A stretch of 60,016 nucleotides of DNA, filler included, from Sphacelaria rigidula (GCA_964200075.2; 5 parts of 5 records of this genome joined end to end with filler, not necessarily neighbours in it); one strand, 5' to 3'; counted from the first letter of the whole stretch, positions 12,025 through 26,097 are shown. Notes: generated by a model not told the origin, from the sequence alone. Translations and numbers: made by a program.

Positions 12025-12809
12025 GGTATCGCCACTTCCAGAGACAGCCATGGCTTATACACTGCCTCATGGGTGTCTAACCTGCCTCACGGGGGGGGGG
12101 GGCACAAAACAATGAAGCGGGGGAAAACTCGGATTTTTCGGGTCTCGAAGATCGTACAAATCCACCTTCGGGGTGCAATCTCATTATACCCGACAAGTCG
12201 GGCGCTGTTATTGATATTTGCAGCGGTTTTCGAGGTTGAGTTTGTGTCGTACGTATTTCGAGGACTTGTATAGTGACGCCGATCATGCAAAACTGTATGC
12301 TCCCCTCACGTCGACGTGTTCTGCAGAGGCAAGGATGGCAGCGACTTCGCTGTCCGACATAAACTCTTCCATCAGAAGCTGACGTACTCGTTGGTTCCGC
12401 CGGCGTTCAGTTGATATTCGGTGACGTGATGTTTGTCGTCGGTGGCCGGCCGTGGACCGGTAGAGTGGATAGAGAACCAGTAAAGAGCACAACACGGCGA
12501 TTAGTAAGCCGAGACAGGAATTGAATAAATATACCGCAAACTGACGGGAGGGGGGCGGCTTGTTCGTGAGGTCACGAAAGTAGCAAGGGATATGTTTCGT
12601 AAACTTCTCTCTTCACACTTATAGAGCGCTTGTAGCAGATAAGCTGCAATATTTTCCTTTTCACGGTCTTGTGTTCTCTACGACTGGGTGTGAGTGTGAC
12701 TATGCGCAAGATCTTTTCCGCCAAGGTTATGTAGCAGAGACCGGCCATTCTTTTTTTCACGTCTTAGTCTGCTATGTTGTTCTGTTCTACTTTTTCCATT
12801 TCTTCTCTT

Positions 12810-12930
12810 TTCTTCAGTGAGTGTTTCAGTTTTGTGTTGTCTTGGGTACGTCTATCATGTGACCACGGCTGGATCATGACTCCTGGGGGGTCAGTCAAAG
12901 TACGACAATCAATCAAACCAATTAATCAAC
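12810..12930 (+). mobile_element. 3' tail of a non-LTR retroelement ending in (AATC)n
   Basis: CTTGGGTACGTCTATC..GACCACGGCTGGA..GGGGGTCAGT..CGACAATCAATC; second copy 35741-35836; another (AATC)n-tailed element ends about 51073. Confidence 0.6.
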
Positions 12931-13003
12931 CGTATGCAATTACTTCTCGTTGAGTGGTGAATGGTGGACTACACACGTTGAACAATCGAACGCAACGCTC
13001 CAG

Positions 13004-13811
13004 AATACAATAAAAGTGGAGCACGAAGCATACAGCAACATTAGGAGAATCGGCGACGTCGTCAAGGCATGCGACATTCGCTTCGTTGATAAAAAATGCG
13101 AACTAATGATGTGGCGAAGCACATTGTACTTCGGTCGGTTGATCGAATTGTAACCAATTATAATCAGGTGTTATTTACACCTACGACCTGGCGTTGACGT
13201 ACCTGGCTCTGATTGGTCGTGGAAGTATGCTCGAAATAGGCGGCATGCGCAAGAGCTTCACTTGGTGTCGAAATATTGCCCCTGCTAGACCATACAACAT
13301 GGGCATTACAAGATCCCCCGGTTTAAAAGCAACGTCGGGTCAGCGATAACATGCGGCTGTTTTGTTTCCTACAGCAAATTTACACTGAGCTACTGCTGGA
13401 GCAACCGCGTGGAGGGCAACAGCCATTCGAGACGTTGGTGTTCGCTTTCAAAGGCCGTGTTATAAGAGAAAGCTGTGTATGTCTGCCCTAATTTACTACC
13501 CTTTATATTATATTATACAGACACCACCGCAGGAGCTCTATGCCGGGGTATTGTGCGATGTATGTCATCTGAACATGTTTGAGAAACGAAGGAGAGTTAA
13601 CGGAGAACATCCACGATAAAGCATGGATGCATTTTTCGCATTCTGATGGCGCAAAATCGAACGAAACCAACGGCAGTCAACCCCGCTCACCTGACGATAT
13701 CCTCCAACATAAATTGTCCCACCGGGGGATGCATCTTGACCACCTCCGCAAATACGTCTGTGCACTCATATCCAGGGGCCACGGGTTCTGGGCACATAAG
13801 AAGCTACGCTC
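13004..13811 (+). CDS. Candidate exons of an unidentified gene (13004-13132, 13375-13476, about 13584-13811)
   Basis: Stop-free segments bounded by AG acceptors and GT donors (NTIKVEHEAYSNIRRIGDVV.., QIYTELLLEQPRGG.., ..HLDHLRKYVCALISRGH); phases not reconciled. Confidence 0.25.
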
Positions 13812-14113
13812 GTGAGTGCAGGGAACCGTAAGTCAAGATATGCCAGCGACCGAGGTTTGCATAGGGGGTCACGGTAAGCAGTACTGTAACTCCAATCGCC
13901 AAGATTGGGGTTGCACATGAGATATTTTGGGAGACTCATGAACACTACGAACGGATAGCTAAAACTTGACTATTTTGATCAACCACTTCAACGCTATGAT
14001 GGTCTTTGATGTTAGATATAGGAACCGAGACGCAGTCGTTCGACTGGGGCACTTGTTCGCTTGTCGAGTTGGCCGCGTGCAGATCAGACGTAGACATGGA
14101 AAGATGTAACATA

Positions 14114-17100
14114 TCATTCCAGCTTGACGTAGTTCCGATGGAAAGTACGCGCCATACACGTCGTGTTATTGTCGGTACTTCCGGCAATCACCATAACGTC
14201 CTTGAAGACGGCCTGCGTTCGTTTCGACTAGTAAGCCAAGAAAACAGAAGAAACGAATGGATGATGCAAAGCACTTAACTCAAGAAGAGGGGTGTTTTCG
14301 TTGCTCTAGTGCACCGCGAGAAAAAAACACCCACCGTGGGCCCCTTGCCGGTCCCCGCCAGCTCCACAAATGCCGGGCTAAAGTGCGGCCGGTCAACTCG
14401 AGGCGCAAGAGGCATGCTCGTCATTTTTTCCAGCTCAGCGTTGTCTTTCAAGTTTTCTGGCAAGTGGTGCGTCAGCTTGGTGCGCTGAAATGACTGATAT
14501 AAGCCCAACTCCGTCAGGAGCACAGTGAGCGATCGGTTAGAGCAAGCCTCGTCTAGGGCTCTAACGGCTGTCGAGGAAAGGTTCAGCTCCCGCTTAGCAC
14601 CCACTCCTTTCGCGAGAGCGTCGCCGCCACAACCTCGTGCTTTTCGGCGCCTTGAGCGATGCCGCCGTTTGGATCTTCCATCGTACTTACCACGACTCTC
14701 CGTGCTCGGGGCTATTGGTATGTGATTGGCTGTTACCGCTGTCTCTCCTGGTTTCAGCAGCTCTGAGATATTGGTCCTAGTATCCATTGGGCGTTCTTCT
14801 CCCAGCTCGCCCACCACCGGTATTTCGCCGCTGTCTGAAGCCCTGGTTGTAATATTCTGATTAATACGTGTCTCGTCGTTGCTTACTTGGGAGCACGAAC
14901 TTGGACCCGAAGAAGTCCCGTCATAATCCCAGTCTTCAAACGATTCGCACTCTGATATGCTTGATCCGGTATCGTCTTCCTCGGGCCTCTCATGCTTACA
15001 GTGACTGCCGTGGAAAAAACGAGCAGTAACTTCTTCGTCCCACATGGAGTTCTTGCTAGCAGTCGAAGCTGACAATGAAGGGGTTTCGGGACGACTAGCA
15101 GGTTCAATGCTGTTTTCCAAGTGTATCGGAAGTATTCCGTGTGCCGTGTCAGTCTCAATTCCCGGTTCCAGTGTCCCAAATCGGCCCTGCCTCGCGCATA
15201 GTTCTTGTTGCTCCGACTTGTAGACAGCCATTTCACGCAGAGACAAGAATACTCTTGTGGATGTTTTCGAGACATCTGTGGCGCTGGAATAGATGCCGGC
15301 GGCTGTACCTGATATTGAAGCGTGGCGATAACTTCGAGCCTTTCCTGTTGGAGTCGCTGCACCCCTGTCAGCGAAAGAAGCTCTTTCTACTCGTTCCCCC
15401 GATGTATTAGTAGCGTGTCTGCTTCCCATAGTAGTAGGGGCAGTCATCGATGCCCTCTTCATATATGTACCATGTTGTTTTCCGTGTCTACTATTACCGT
15501 TGATGCCTCTGCGAGGATCGGGCCTCGCGGGACTGGGACGCTTGTTGTGTGAGGCGTTTGAAGTTGTTTTCGGGCGAACAGGAACTGTTGGAGATCTCGG
15601 AGTGGGAATTCGTCTAAATCGGACATGTCTTCTGCGGACGGGCGACTCGTGCGCTGCAAGACCCAAAACGTGCGCGCAACACGCTCGAGGACGGACAGCC
15701 CGGTTGCCCTCTATGCCAGCTATGTCACGGGTAACCTAAACTTGGTGAAGGTGAGAGTACGCGACGAGTTACAACCAACATGTGCATGGGAAGTATAGAA
15801 CCGCCGTGATATGTTTCCAGTCTTTTTACGCTGAAGCACGCGAGCTTCAAGTGGCGAGGAGGTGTTGCTACCGAAGACGAGCGAGTGCTCTTCATTTGGA
15901 TAAAAGTGAAAAATCTCACTACAAGATTCATTATGTCGTATACGTGTGTACACAGAGTGCGCGCAACTGTCAGCTAGATCTGATATCGGTTAGCCGCACA
16001 CTTCTTCGCACATAGAATGAGCCTCGTAACCACGTACGTGCCTGCTAGACGTAGTAACCGTGGCTTTTTCTTCGTAATATCGGTATTTTACACACGAACA
16101 GACGTGGAGATATGTCGAAAGGCAGCCTCATGAGGTAAAACTTGCCTGGTTCTGAATTTCTCCTAGGATGGGAGGATTTAGCATCCGTTGTAGATTCACT
16201 CGAAATGTTGCTGTCGCCCTAACCATTGCGCTCCTTCTGTCTGCGTAAATTAATGCACCTTGCACCGTGCAAGTTGTGGGAAAGTATTTGATCGTTGGGC
16301 GATAGCAGTCATCAGGAGACAGTTCAAACACGGAAGTGGGACTCATATTTCACCGGTGCTGTACATGGTATACCTTGGATACTGATACTTCGAGGAAGTC
16401 TGGTGAATATGCTGCAGTACAAGCACGCACCACAGAGTGCACAATACAAGTGGGACCGTTCGGAGTCGCCGTAGCTATACTCGACACGAATGACAGGATG
16501 TCGCCATGGTTAGTACGAGGAAGCAGCTGTGCTCAGTGCGCAATATATCGATGGCCAGTTTTACACACACGGAAGGCAAACGAAATACCTGAGCTCAGGG
16601 AGGAGCCTGAACCCGAAAGATACATGCACATGACGCGACCAAATAGCCGTGCGATTCTGGCCCTCACATGCGTTGCCATGCCTTGTCGAAGTCTCCTGAA
16701 ATCGCAGCAACGTTTGAGCAGCGGAATCGTTCAGCGTGAGCTTTGGTGGATTCGATGAGGAAGATTTAAGATGTCTTGTTTGATGCGTTGGTACACACAG
16801 GAAGTTTGGCACTCACTTATCCCCAAAGATTTTTCTCCATATTTTCTCCACGGCAGATGGGACCTCCCGTAACCTGTTGTCGCCACCAACTCTTATGCCA
16901 ATTATCATCGACACTGTATCTTCGGAGATCTCCGAAAAGTTCTGAAATTGATATCTCTCGAAAGCTTGTGAGTGCCACGGCGTCAACACAGGGCAGCTGT
17001 CCGAAGTGCTGGGTTTCAGTCCTAAATCATTAAATTTGTCCAAAAATGAAACCTCGGAGAAAAATCAATCCGCTTCATTGTTGGAAAAGGGCTAGGACCA

Positions 17101-18375
17101 TTTGTATGGCCACCAATCCGTGTTCGTACAAAGATGAGGGTTTCAGCCCGTCTACCGGCGATTTTGTCCCATGGATCGGTTTTTCGGCCCCCAGTCCGTT
17201 GGGCACGTTTTTTGGCTAGCTCTGACGAGACTACATCAATTATGTGATTCTCTGGGCGTTGACTTTTGGTTCATCACATTTTTGCTCAAATCAGGACCCT
17301 CCCACATCTCCCCCAAATCGGGGGCCCAAATTGGGGGAAATGCGGGAGTGTCCCGATCTGAGCAGAAAGTGGTGATAAGCCAAAAGTCAACGTCCGGAAA
17401 AATCAATCAACGGGATGAAATTGCCTGTAGACGGGCTGAAATCCTCATATTTGTACAAATACGGATTGGTTGCAACAAAAAGTGGTCTAAAGCGGAGTCC
17501 GACACAAGCCTGAAAACTTGGGAGGTCTCCGGAAAAACTGTGTCGATATAATAGGCCCCGGACTACCGTATCACCTCGACCAATACCAATGTTGTCGCAC
17601 TCCGGGGTGCGCGCACGTCTGTTGTTGAGGTGACAAAGGACACGTTGAGGTGGAGTCGGAGACTGACCGGGCAATCCCATGCAGATGACAGGCACGATGC
17701 CTCGTCATAGCAGCGTGCCCTCGACACCATGAATTTTCACGGCTCAGTGACCGCTTACGCTTGTTTTTCTTGCACCAGATGGTGTCTTCGTTGGTATGCA
17801 TAGCGCGCGTGGTACCATTTAACGCCCACTCACTCATTCTGATGTCGAGAAAAACTCGGTTCACGGAGGTCGGCAAGGAGGTCATCGAGTAGACCGTCGC
17901 CAACGTGCCCCACGACCTCTGCGCGTTCCCTGAGACTCCCCTCCTTCCTGGCCTTCTCCAGACGCTGCTTGCCCTCGCTGAGGACCTGGGAGAAGTCAGT
18001 CCCACCAGGGCCATGGTGCGGGGAGTCTGTTGTCCATCCGGCAGTCTCAGGGGGAAGGAATATGTTCCAGGGGCGCCTCTGCTTGGCCCGTAGCACTTCT
18101 TTGGGTTCTTGACGAAAAGTTGACGATTGGCGCTCTGTGTGCCCCATCCTTGCACCCGCGACGGCGTCTTCCTCAGCATACTGTACATCGGCAGAGCCGT
18201 CGTGAAATCGTGTCATCGAGGCGGTATCTTCCGGACTCGCCATAGATTTCTCCATCGTCGTGACCAGTTCCACGCACCACTTATTCCCGTCGGGCGACGT
18301 ACCAGCATTATCATCATCCCGAGTACTACACCTTTTAATTCTAAACTGGCACCTATACTTGGCGGTGTCTTCCAT
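14114..18375 (-). CDS. Hypothetical multi-exon protein, largely disordered, with SAM-like segment. Large exon 15653-14335, putative last exon 14212-14114, upstream exon about 18375-17834
   Basis: 463-codon ORF with TTGCAG acceptor and ACG|GTGGGT donor; LLTELGLYQSF...L...ELEKMTSMPLAPR resembles a SAM pattern; upstream ORF ends at GA|GTGAGT; small intervening exons uncertain. Confidence 0.55.
17030..17568. mobile_element. Foldback MITE (intronic)
   Basis: Inverted arms about 17093-17190 / 17395-17490 and about 17255-17305 / 17340-17395. Confidence 0.65.
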
Positions 18376-19452
18376 CGCTAACGTTGTGTTATATACAAAG
18401 ACCGAAGGATCGACCGTCCGTGCAACGGACCCCTTCTACGGTTCAGTACTAATGTAATTGAATAGCCAACGAATCTGTCAGTTTTCCTTGTACCATTACA
18501 TTATTTCTGTAGTAGAGTTGCGCGGAGGATACATGTGGTGGTGTTCTCTGTTCTTGAAAACTACACAAATGAAATCTACCAATTCGGGAGGTGGCCTGGG
18601 ATTTTGAGTACGTGAGACGTTAGGACGGCCCCAAGAGAAGCGTCGATGATGACGCAATACTGTACAGGTATGGTCTGCACCCTCGCGTCAAACTTGATGG
18701 GATGTTTGAAATAGGAGGGGGACGGCGATCGAAAAAGTGCATGACGAGGGCTCAGCTTTGGTTCCCTGTCGAATTCGGAGAGATGATGGGAATAACGCCA
18801 TTGCTAGCTCATGCAAACCTTGCAGCTCTCAGTTTTACAACGGTCTAACGCACATCCGGTGAACTATCGTACAGTGTGGGATAGAGCCCACCAAACGAAA
18901 GCAAACCGGGTGTCTTGGGGTGCGGGTGAAAAATGGATCGTAGAAAATGACAAATGTATCGCGTATTGAAATTAAACATAACTCATTTTCCAATTGCCAG
19001 TGCTTTAGTTGTTGTCGCACGTCGCCTCTTGGCGTCCTCGCTCTCTCACTAGACTGCACTGTGCGTGTATTGTTGCTGTGCGTCGCATGATCTGGTCGTC
19101 ACAGGAGATATACCGTAATTAGTATGTTTCAACAGCCGCGACATCAGGGCCTTCGCACCGCGCGTGGTGAAGTGTCGAAGAGAGGATGGTCCTACACGAA
19201 TTTCGTGCGGGCTAACCCTGCGGGAGCGCGCACTATGGAAAGCCTCCTCCAATATTCAGGCTTTTTTGCTCCTGTGAGTGCTCTCTAGTCACAGAGAACT
19301 TCGAGGTGCCAATGGTGTTCAATCTATGGCACAGTCCCTCCCTCATTATAAAGTTTTCGACAATTTGCACAATGTACCCTTATGTGTATAGTGGCCTGTT
19401 GATACAGTTTTGGCGTGTCAAGCAGCGGGTCAGAGCGGGGAGCTGTCCTGTA

Positions 19453-19911
19453 ACACGGGATTGTACAAATTTGGGATGGATTTTTTTATTGAGGATGAGA
19501 ACCCAGAGAATTAAAATCTCCGTATCCACAACAAAGCTTCAAATATGTAATATAGTTCCACTCCTTCACCTACTGCTATCTATCTATTGACCACTACCAT
19601 ATGCCATACAAAAATGGATCCTGATAACCTACATGTTGGGGTCCTAGGTAAAGAAACAATTTCAGGGAATTTAGATGATCCGATCAGATCGCCGAAGTTC
19701 CCCAAAAATGTTTTTTTATTTACGACCCCCAACATTTCGGTTATCGAAATCCAAATTCGTACGGCGCGTAGTAGTTGTCGATAGCTACCTACCAGTAGAT
19801 GAGGAAGTGGAAGTATATTTCGAAGATTTAGTGTGGATACGAAGATGTTAATTCTCCGGGTCTCTCATCCTCAATGAAGAATGCATCCCCCCAATTTATA
19901 AAATCCCGTCT
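19453..19911. mobile_element. Foldback MITE family A
   Basis: ACACGGGATT...AAAATCCCGT, collinear with 8323-8755. Confidence 0.8.
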
Positions 19912-21630
19912 TCTTGGTGGTTTAATGCCGTGCAACAGTCAAATATCGAGACGATCCAAGGAATCGGCTGTCGACTTTCGCTACCCCAATCATTAAATTT
20001 GTTCGGCTGCGAAACCACTCCGATATAAACAGCACGTATAAACACGGGGGCCACGCGTGCAACAATGGTGTGTCGTAGTTGCTGTTGTAGATTTCCCCAG
20101 AGATGCATCGGGAACAGTTCCTGTAACGTGCCGCGAGGCGCGACAGCACTTTCCGCATGAGCGGCACGAAACATTGGCACAGGCGCTGCGCTCTCCCAAG
20201 CTTTCTCTCGTGTCGAACACTGTTGCATGTTGTATCTCAGTGAGTTACTGAGCCACACGCTCCTGCCAATCGATGCCGCTGTTTTGAATTCGTGTGCCGT
20301 GCTGCTTCATACTCAATCTTGCACCAAATTAACCCTCTTGGAACCAGGGATGGAAAAGTGACGATTTACAAACTCCCATAAGCGAGCTTCGTCGCCGGGA
20401 AAACGTCACTTGGAGTTCGGTGCACGAATCTGTCATATTGGTATACTTGAACTTGGAGTGGTGCACCGTGTTGGTGGGCTGCATCGTCAACACTTGCATA
20501 AAAACAACCACATCTTGCCCAAGAAAACGTCAATCGTAAATCACTTTTTCAACGGTTCCAAAAGGGTTTTAGAAAATATATATTCGGAACAAAATATGAT
20601 ATCTTTTCACCCCTGTGTGCACTGTTGCAATCACCCCGGTGTGCACTGTTGCAACGCGCAAGCCCAAAATCCAGCGACATGGGGTTGTTGACTGTAGTCC
20701 ATGTAACCTGTGGCCGAAGTTTCAGCGCTTTTCAGCGCCTACAGTGCGCGCCCGGCCGTGTCTGCCAAACTTAGCACACCTCCAGAGGCGGCACGCGGAT
20801 GATTTTTGTACAGATTTGTCCTTATCCGGAGGGTGCCCCAGTACGGCTCGATGCTTGTTGGCTAGCGCAGGGACCGCCCAGCCGCTGACGATGTGGAAGT
20901 CTGGGCTGCGGGAAAACCGTTTCGAGTGCGTATCGATGCCGTCCTAAATCGCTGATCGCTGTGTTCTAGTTTGTGCGCGGCCCGAAAGTGCCGTTGATTC
21001 GTGCACATACTGTCTGTATCATGTCCGACTAGTGCTCCAAGTTTCACGGCGAACTCTCGAGCCGCGGTGGAGTAATACATAAATGAAGTTTATGTTCGAA
21101 AGTTCGTTGATTTTGTAAGCGGGCCAAGTGTGGGTATTTACATGTTTATTGTCAGGATCCGCGTATATTTGAGATTTTATTCTGGCGCAAGACTGAATCG
21201 TTCTTCCCTGGCATTCATATGAATCAGTCACCGCGTTCGCCTCGCGAGAGTATACCTTCAATGTGCCCAGACGACGAGGAGAAGTCGCCCCAATACTCAT
21301 CATAGTGGCAGTTGCTTCGGTACCTTGGTTCCAACGCTACACTCAAGCGAACATGCTCACAATCCCTGACGTGAAACCACAGCGACCGCAATCGAAATCT
21401 ATGAAGAATGAAGTCCCAAGTAGCTGCAGCCGCCCGATTCACACATGGTGCTGTCATCTTTCTCCCTTCGGTTTCCATCGCTCTCGTTTTAGTTTGCACA
21501 TCCTGTTGCTGTGCTTTGCCCCGCTGTGATTGTTTCGTGTAGTGGTGATGCGCATCCTAACGTTGCCCATGTTCGTTTTGGTGTCCACTGGTGATATCAT
21601 ATGTTCCTTGCGTTCTCGTCGAGTTTCCAG

Positions 21631-23727
21631 TCTCGGCTTGCCGACAGAGACGTTGCCATCGAATCGGGCTACGCCTTGGCGAGCCTCGCAGCGATGGCCC
21701 ACGACCGGATCCTGCTGGGCGACAGCGAAGACCCGCCGTCGCTAAACACATTCCTTAACAACACCGCAGAGAACAGTGTGGACAGATCGAGCTCTGACGT
21801 AACCGGCGGCGGCCAGCTAGCAGGATCAACAACCGTACAACGAGATGCCGGACACTTTAGGTGAGATGTTTTTTATGCCGTGTCTTGTCAAAGTTCAATT
21901 TCATATTTTTGCACTTTCATAGTGTTTTTGTTGTCGAAACGCGGGGCTTCCTCAGTATAAAAACAACTATGCCGCGCTCGCCATCGCCAACAGGGTACAC
22001 GCCTGCCCATCCCACGTCCCTAGAGTTACGCTTAAGGCGATCCATACTGCTGGCGCTGAACACGTCAATTTATGCCGCTACTCTTCTGCAATGCAACGCG
22101 GACGATTCCCAGTATATTGTTTTTTTTGCTTGTAAGTGTGTTTGACAAAGTTAGCCTACTCAATGTCATTCATCAATCACCTTGTCCAAGCACATTCACC
22201 TTTCGGTGACGTCATCACGGGCTGTGCTGTCTGCTTGTCAGTTCCATTGCTGCTGTAAAGACAACACAAAACATAGTTATGATTTCTGTATCCTTTGCCC
22301 GAATCCCTGGTTGACTTCAGGAGATGGGAGCAAACGGCCGTGTTCGCAGAGCGGTTGCGCGTGGCTCTTTCCACGCTCGCGCACGTGCAAATCGTCGTCG
22401 AGAAGATAGCGGGTCAGCACGGAGGCGAGCGACGGCGACGTCAGGCGATTACCTGCCTGGAAACTCTGAAGGCTCTCAGCCGACTTCTTCTGCTTGCCTG
22501 CACGAGAGAAATGATCATTGGCGGAGGAAAGGTATGTCGGTAGCCTGCAAGTACAGATGTAGATGTTACTGGCGTTTATCGTTGGTTACTGCTTTTGTTT
22601 TTGGCGCTAGGTATTCATTTTTTGTTCATCGCATTTGTTACATTGTGCGAGGCGAAGCATTGGGAGCTGTGATGAGGATAGCTGATCTTGCAAGTTTTAT
22701 TTCTAAATCGTTTGCCCGGCCCACATTGAGCGAACCATTACCTGTCATGCTTCCACCGATCGTCTCCGTTCCACAGTATGTACCCGGCGGAGCGCGTAAA
22801 CAATCCGCCCGACCTCGAAGGTTAAGCAGAGCCCAGACTTGTCCCGGGTCGCCAGAAATCTACACGGGAAAACGCAGTGGTGTGAGGCTAGTTGTTCCAC
22901 CGAGGGCCCGCGTTCTCTCGGCTGGGAATGACGTTGCAGCTGCTGCTGTCGGCGAAGCGGGAGCTACACCTGTCGACGGCGCTTATTGCTGCAGACGGAG
23001 GGAGGGATCCGGTACGTGTGACGACGGCAAACGGACCTGTGACGTCTGCCGCCTGAACGGAGTCGAGGTTAGCGGGGGGCGGCAGCCGTGCGAACGTGGA
23101 TATTCGGAAGACAAGTGTGTTGTTGACAGAGATACTGTACATGGTAGCAGCGGTGGTGTGGGGCGAGATTACCGTCAAGAGCACCTGTGGCAAGGGCACG
23201 GGAGCGATGGCGATAGCGACCGCGGCGAGGAAGAGCCGAGCATTTCTCAAGTGTGGCTGATGGTGGGCGAAGTGATGAACATTTTACGGCCGCTCGTTTA
23301 CAGCCACGCTTGCACCTTATCGGGGCTGCGTTCGTGGCGACCGTGGCTTATTTCCTTGGGCATGGATGCCCTGGCGTACGCGTGCACAGTACGAGCAGGA
23401 GGCGGTGGCATCGCTCTTTTGCTTCCGCTTGCCGGGCATGGAGACCGGGATCGGGTTCGTGTTATGGGAAGTGGGGTTGCGTCCGTGGAGGCTGTGCCAG
23501 TCTTGCCGTACCTTACCGATGCTCAGGCGGCGGAGCTGCGGCGGCGCAAGATGCTGTGGTTGCTCTACTTGATGCGATCGCCAGCGTTTGAAATGTTGAC
23601 CGAGCCGGTTAGCCGGAGCGCTGCCGGAGTGTTTGAAGGTGTACCGTTGTTCAGCAGCCTTACCACGTATGCCCTCAATATGCTGCTTTATGTGCAGCGG
23701 CATCATTTCTACACGTCCGCGTCCTAA
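21631..23727 (+). CDS. PEX16: Peroxisomal biogenesis factor 16 (exons 21631-21860, 22321-22531, 22777-23727; first exon not located)
   Basis: Motifs SRLADRDVAIESGYALASLAAMAHDRIL, VEKIA..GGERRR..ITCLETLKALSRLLLL, GEVMNILRPLVY, SWRPWLISLGMD, ELRRRKMLWLLYLMRSPAF and C-terminal QRHHFYTSAS*; GT-AG introns with phases 2 and 0. Confidence 0.92.
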
Positions 23728-23947
23728 GAGTACTTGTTTTGTGGGAATGTGTTTTGTTGTGTTGTTAGATTTTTTTGTCGTAAGCCTTCATCTGGCCTCG
23801 TGCTTATACGTGAGGCGCTTTCCTGTGTCGATGGTTTTGATCAAATCGTAGTGGAGTGCGTTGTCTTTAATCCCATACTTCCTCTGTCCCATAAGTAAAG
23901 TCCGTTATGGGCTTTTAATCGTTTGTGCATTCAAACTCTTCCGATCA

Positions 23948-24047
23948 NNNNNNNNNNNNNNNNNNNNNNNNNNNNNNNNNNNNNNNNNNNNTTAATTAAT
24001 TAANNNNNNNNNNNNNNNNNNNNNNNNNNNNNNNNNNNNNNNNNNNN
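23948..24047. other. Artificial contig linker
   Basis: N44-TTAATTAATTAA-N44. Confidence 0.99.
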
Positions 24048-24334
24048 CTGTGTCGATGAGATATTGCTTTTAAAGCTTAAATCCGTTTTTGGGCTGGCCC
24101 AGCTCGTATAGCGCACGGTTATACTGACTGTACACACGTCGCTAATGCCCCCCCCTCGAAATTACTCGCAAGTATGTCATATACTCTCGGGTGTCCAGAT
24201 CATCACAGAGCATACGGCCTGTGAAAGCCGTGGTGTGTAAATATTCATCTGGAATTGCTCGCCGCAAGGCTCGTACCTCGAGAGTATTTCAGGAAATAAA
24301 AAATGCTCTAAAGGGTCAAGATTGCTCGAGAGCA

Positions 24335-25503
24335 CGAGCTGGGCCAGCCTAGCAATGAATTGAGGCTCTGACAGCACTACCTCATCGACACAGACAAGTT
24401 GGGCCGTGATCCGCATATCTTATGATTCGTCTCATCAAGGGGAAGGTGCCCATCTGCTCAAAAATCTCGGCCAATATTTTCTCGTTGATTGAACCCCACG
24501 TCTAGTAATTCCTATACCGTACGGGAATAGCGTCCACGCTAAAATCTATATGAAACCCCGAACGATAAATTCAGCGGATGATGACGATTTTTGGTGTGGA
24601 CTTTCCCTGAAGCAAGGGCAGACAATAGATACCCTCACCTTCACCCAATTCGTAATCTATCTCGAGATATGGCGCACATGAGTTTCTATAATAAAATCGA
24701 TATATTACGAGCAGAGGCACTAGATGCGCGCTAAATCTGGATATCGCGTCTCAGTTTTTCAGAGTTGTGCCATGAAATTCCGAATGGAGAACCGCTAGCG
24801 CATTATGAAACAAGAAAAACAGCTTTGTACTTTGTCTTCGTTTTTTTTTCGTGTTTATGGGGAGTTTTGAGGAGAAATGAACATTGCTTTTGGGCCTCAT
24901 CTCCATTTCTTAGCTCAATTTTTAGAATTGTGATTTGAAAATCAGAATGGAGAACCACAAAGGTGTGCCGAAAAAAAATGTGCTTTCATTCTTCTTTCAG
25001 AGATTGGGGTGTTTTCGTGAAAAAATGGTCCCTACCATACTAGAACGCCCTAAAACCAGTGAAGAAAAAAAATCAACCTGACCTACTGAGTTTTGTCAAT
25101 TATGCCCTAGCGAGGGCCCAAACAAATTTTCAATACACAAAAAACCAAAAACCAAACGTGGGCTGGTGAGTGGCCTGCAAAATACTGTTCCGAATTTATG
25201 CCGCCCCGGTTTCGAAGAGGCGAATGCGCCGGCCAATAATTAGAGTTCGAGCGTAAAAATTGGTATGGGCAATGCATAATGCATGAAGAAACAAATTACG
25301 AGTGTACCATTTTTTTTCGTGAGTGAATGGCATTATCAGTAAAATGCCCTCAACTCATGAAAGAAAAGAACTTTTGATACACTCGTAATTTGTTCCTTCA
25401 TGCCCTGTGCACTGTCCATACCAAATTTTACCTTCCAACTTTAAATATTGGCCGGCGCATGGGCCTGCAAACTTCAAATCCGCCTCTGGGCTGGCCCAGC
25501 TCG
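24335..25503. mobile_element. Mariner-like non-autonomous element, TIR CGAGCTGGGCCAGC
   Basis: CGAGCTGGGCCAGCC ... GGCTGGCCCAGCTCG|TA; same terminus at 24048-24106, 27467-28065, 35582 onward and 47937-47993. Confidence 0.75.
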
Positions 25504-25654
25504 TATACGGTATGCGGAACATGTAGAGGGCACATATTTCTCTGGAGGGAATCAAACCCTTCAGATAATTGCAAATACTCTCGAGTAAGCAACAGCGACC
25601 AAAGCAGAGTGTTGGGCCACTTCTCATACGTTGAAAAAAAAGGAATTTGAAAAA

Positions 25655-26085
25655 TGCTTGTTTTTGCCCTACTCCGTCGTTTTACGCCCGAAAAGAGGGC
25701 TAGGCGGATGTTGACACTTCGGCATGACTTGCTCTACTCGTTGAGACCGTTTCGAGGCACCTTTACGTTTTCCGGTAGCTGCGAATTTTTCGGCAAAACT
25801 TGCATTTCCAATAACAAGCGGTCAAGTTACCACAGAACAAAGGGGAAACTGCCAGTTTATTTGATAACTTGACCGTTAGTTCTTGAACAAGCAAGTTTGG
25901 CTCAAGAAAGAAAGTGAGGCCACCGGGAACCGCAAAGGTACCCTGGAACAGTCTCAACGAGTAGAGCAAGTCATTCCAAGGTGCCAGCATCCGCCCATTA
26001 TAGCCTTCGTTTCGGGCGTGAAACAATGGAGAGGGGCCAAAAAGGCAGTTTTCAACATTTTTTTCCTTGGCAGGCAAGGCTACTT
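25655..26085. mobile_element. Diverged Harbinger-like foldback MITE (family D)
   Basis: Arms ATGACTTGCTCTACTCGTTGAGAC / GTCTCAACGAGTAGAGCAAGTCAT, homologous to 28095 and 48780 copies. Confidence 0.7.
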
Positions 26086-26097
26086 CTCATGTATTTA

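Noticed and set aside
22324..22776. N-terminal part of the 467-aa ORF as PEX16 sequence
   Set aside because: The PEX16 exon at 22321-22531 uses another frame, and 22532-22776 is a GT-AG intron
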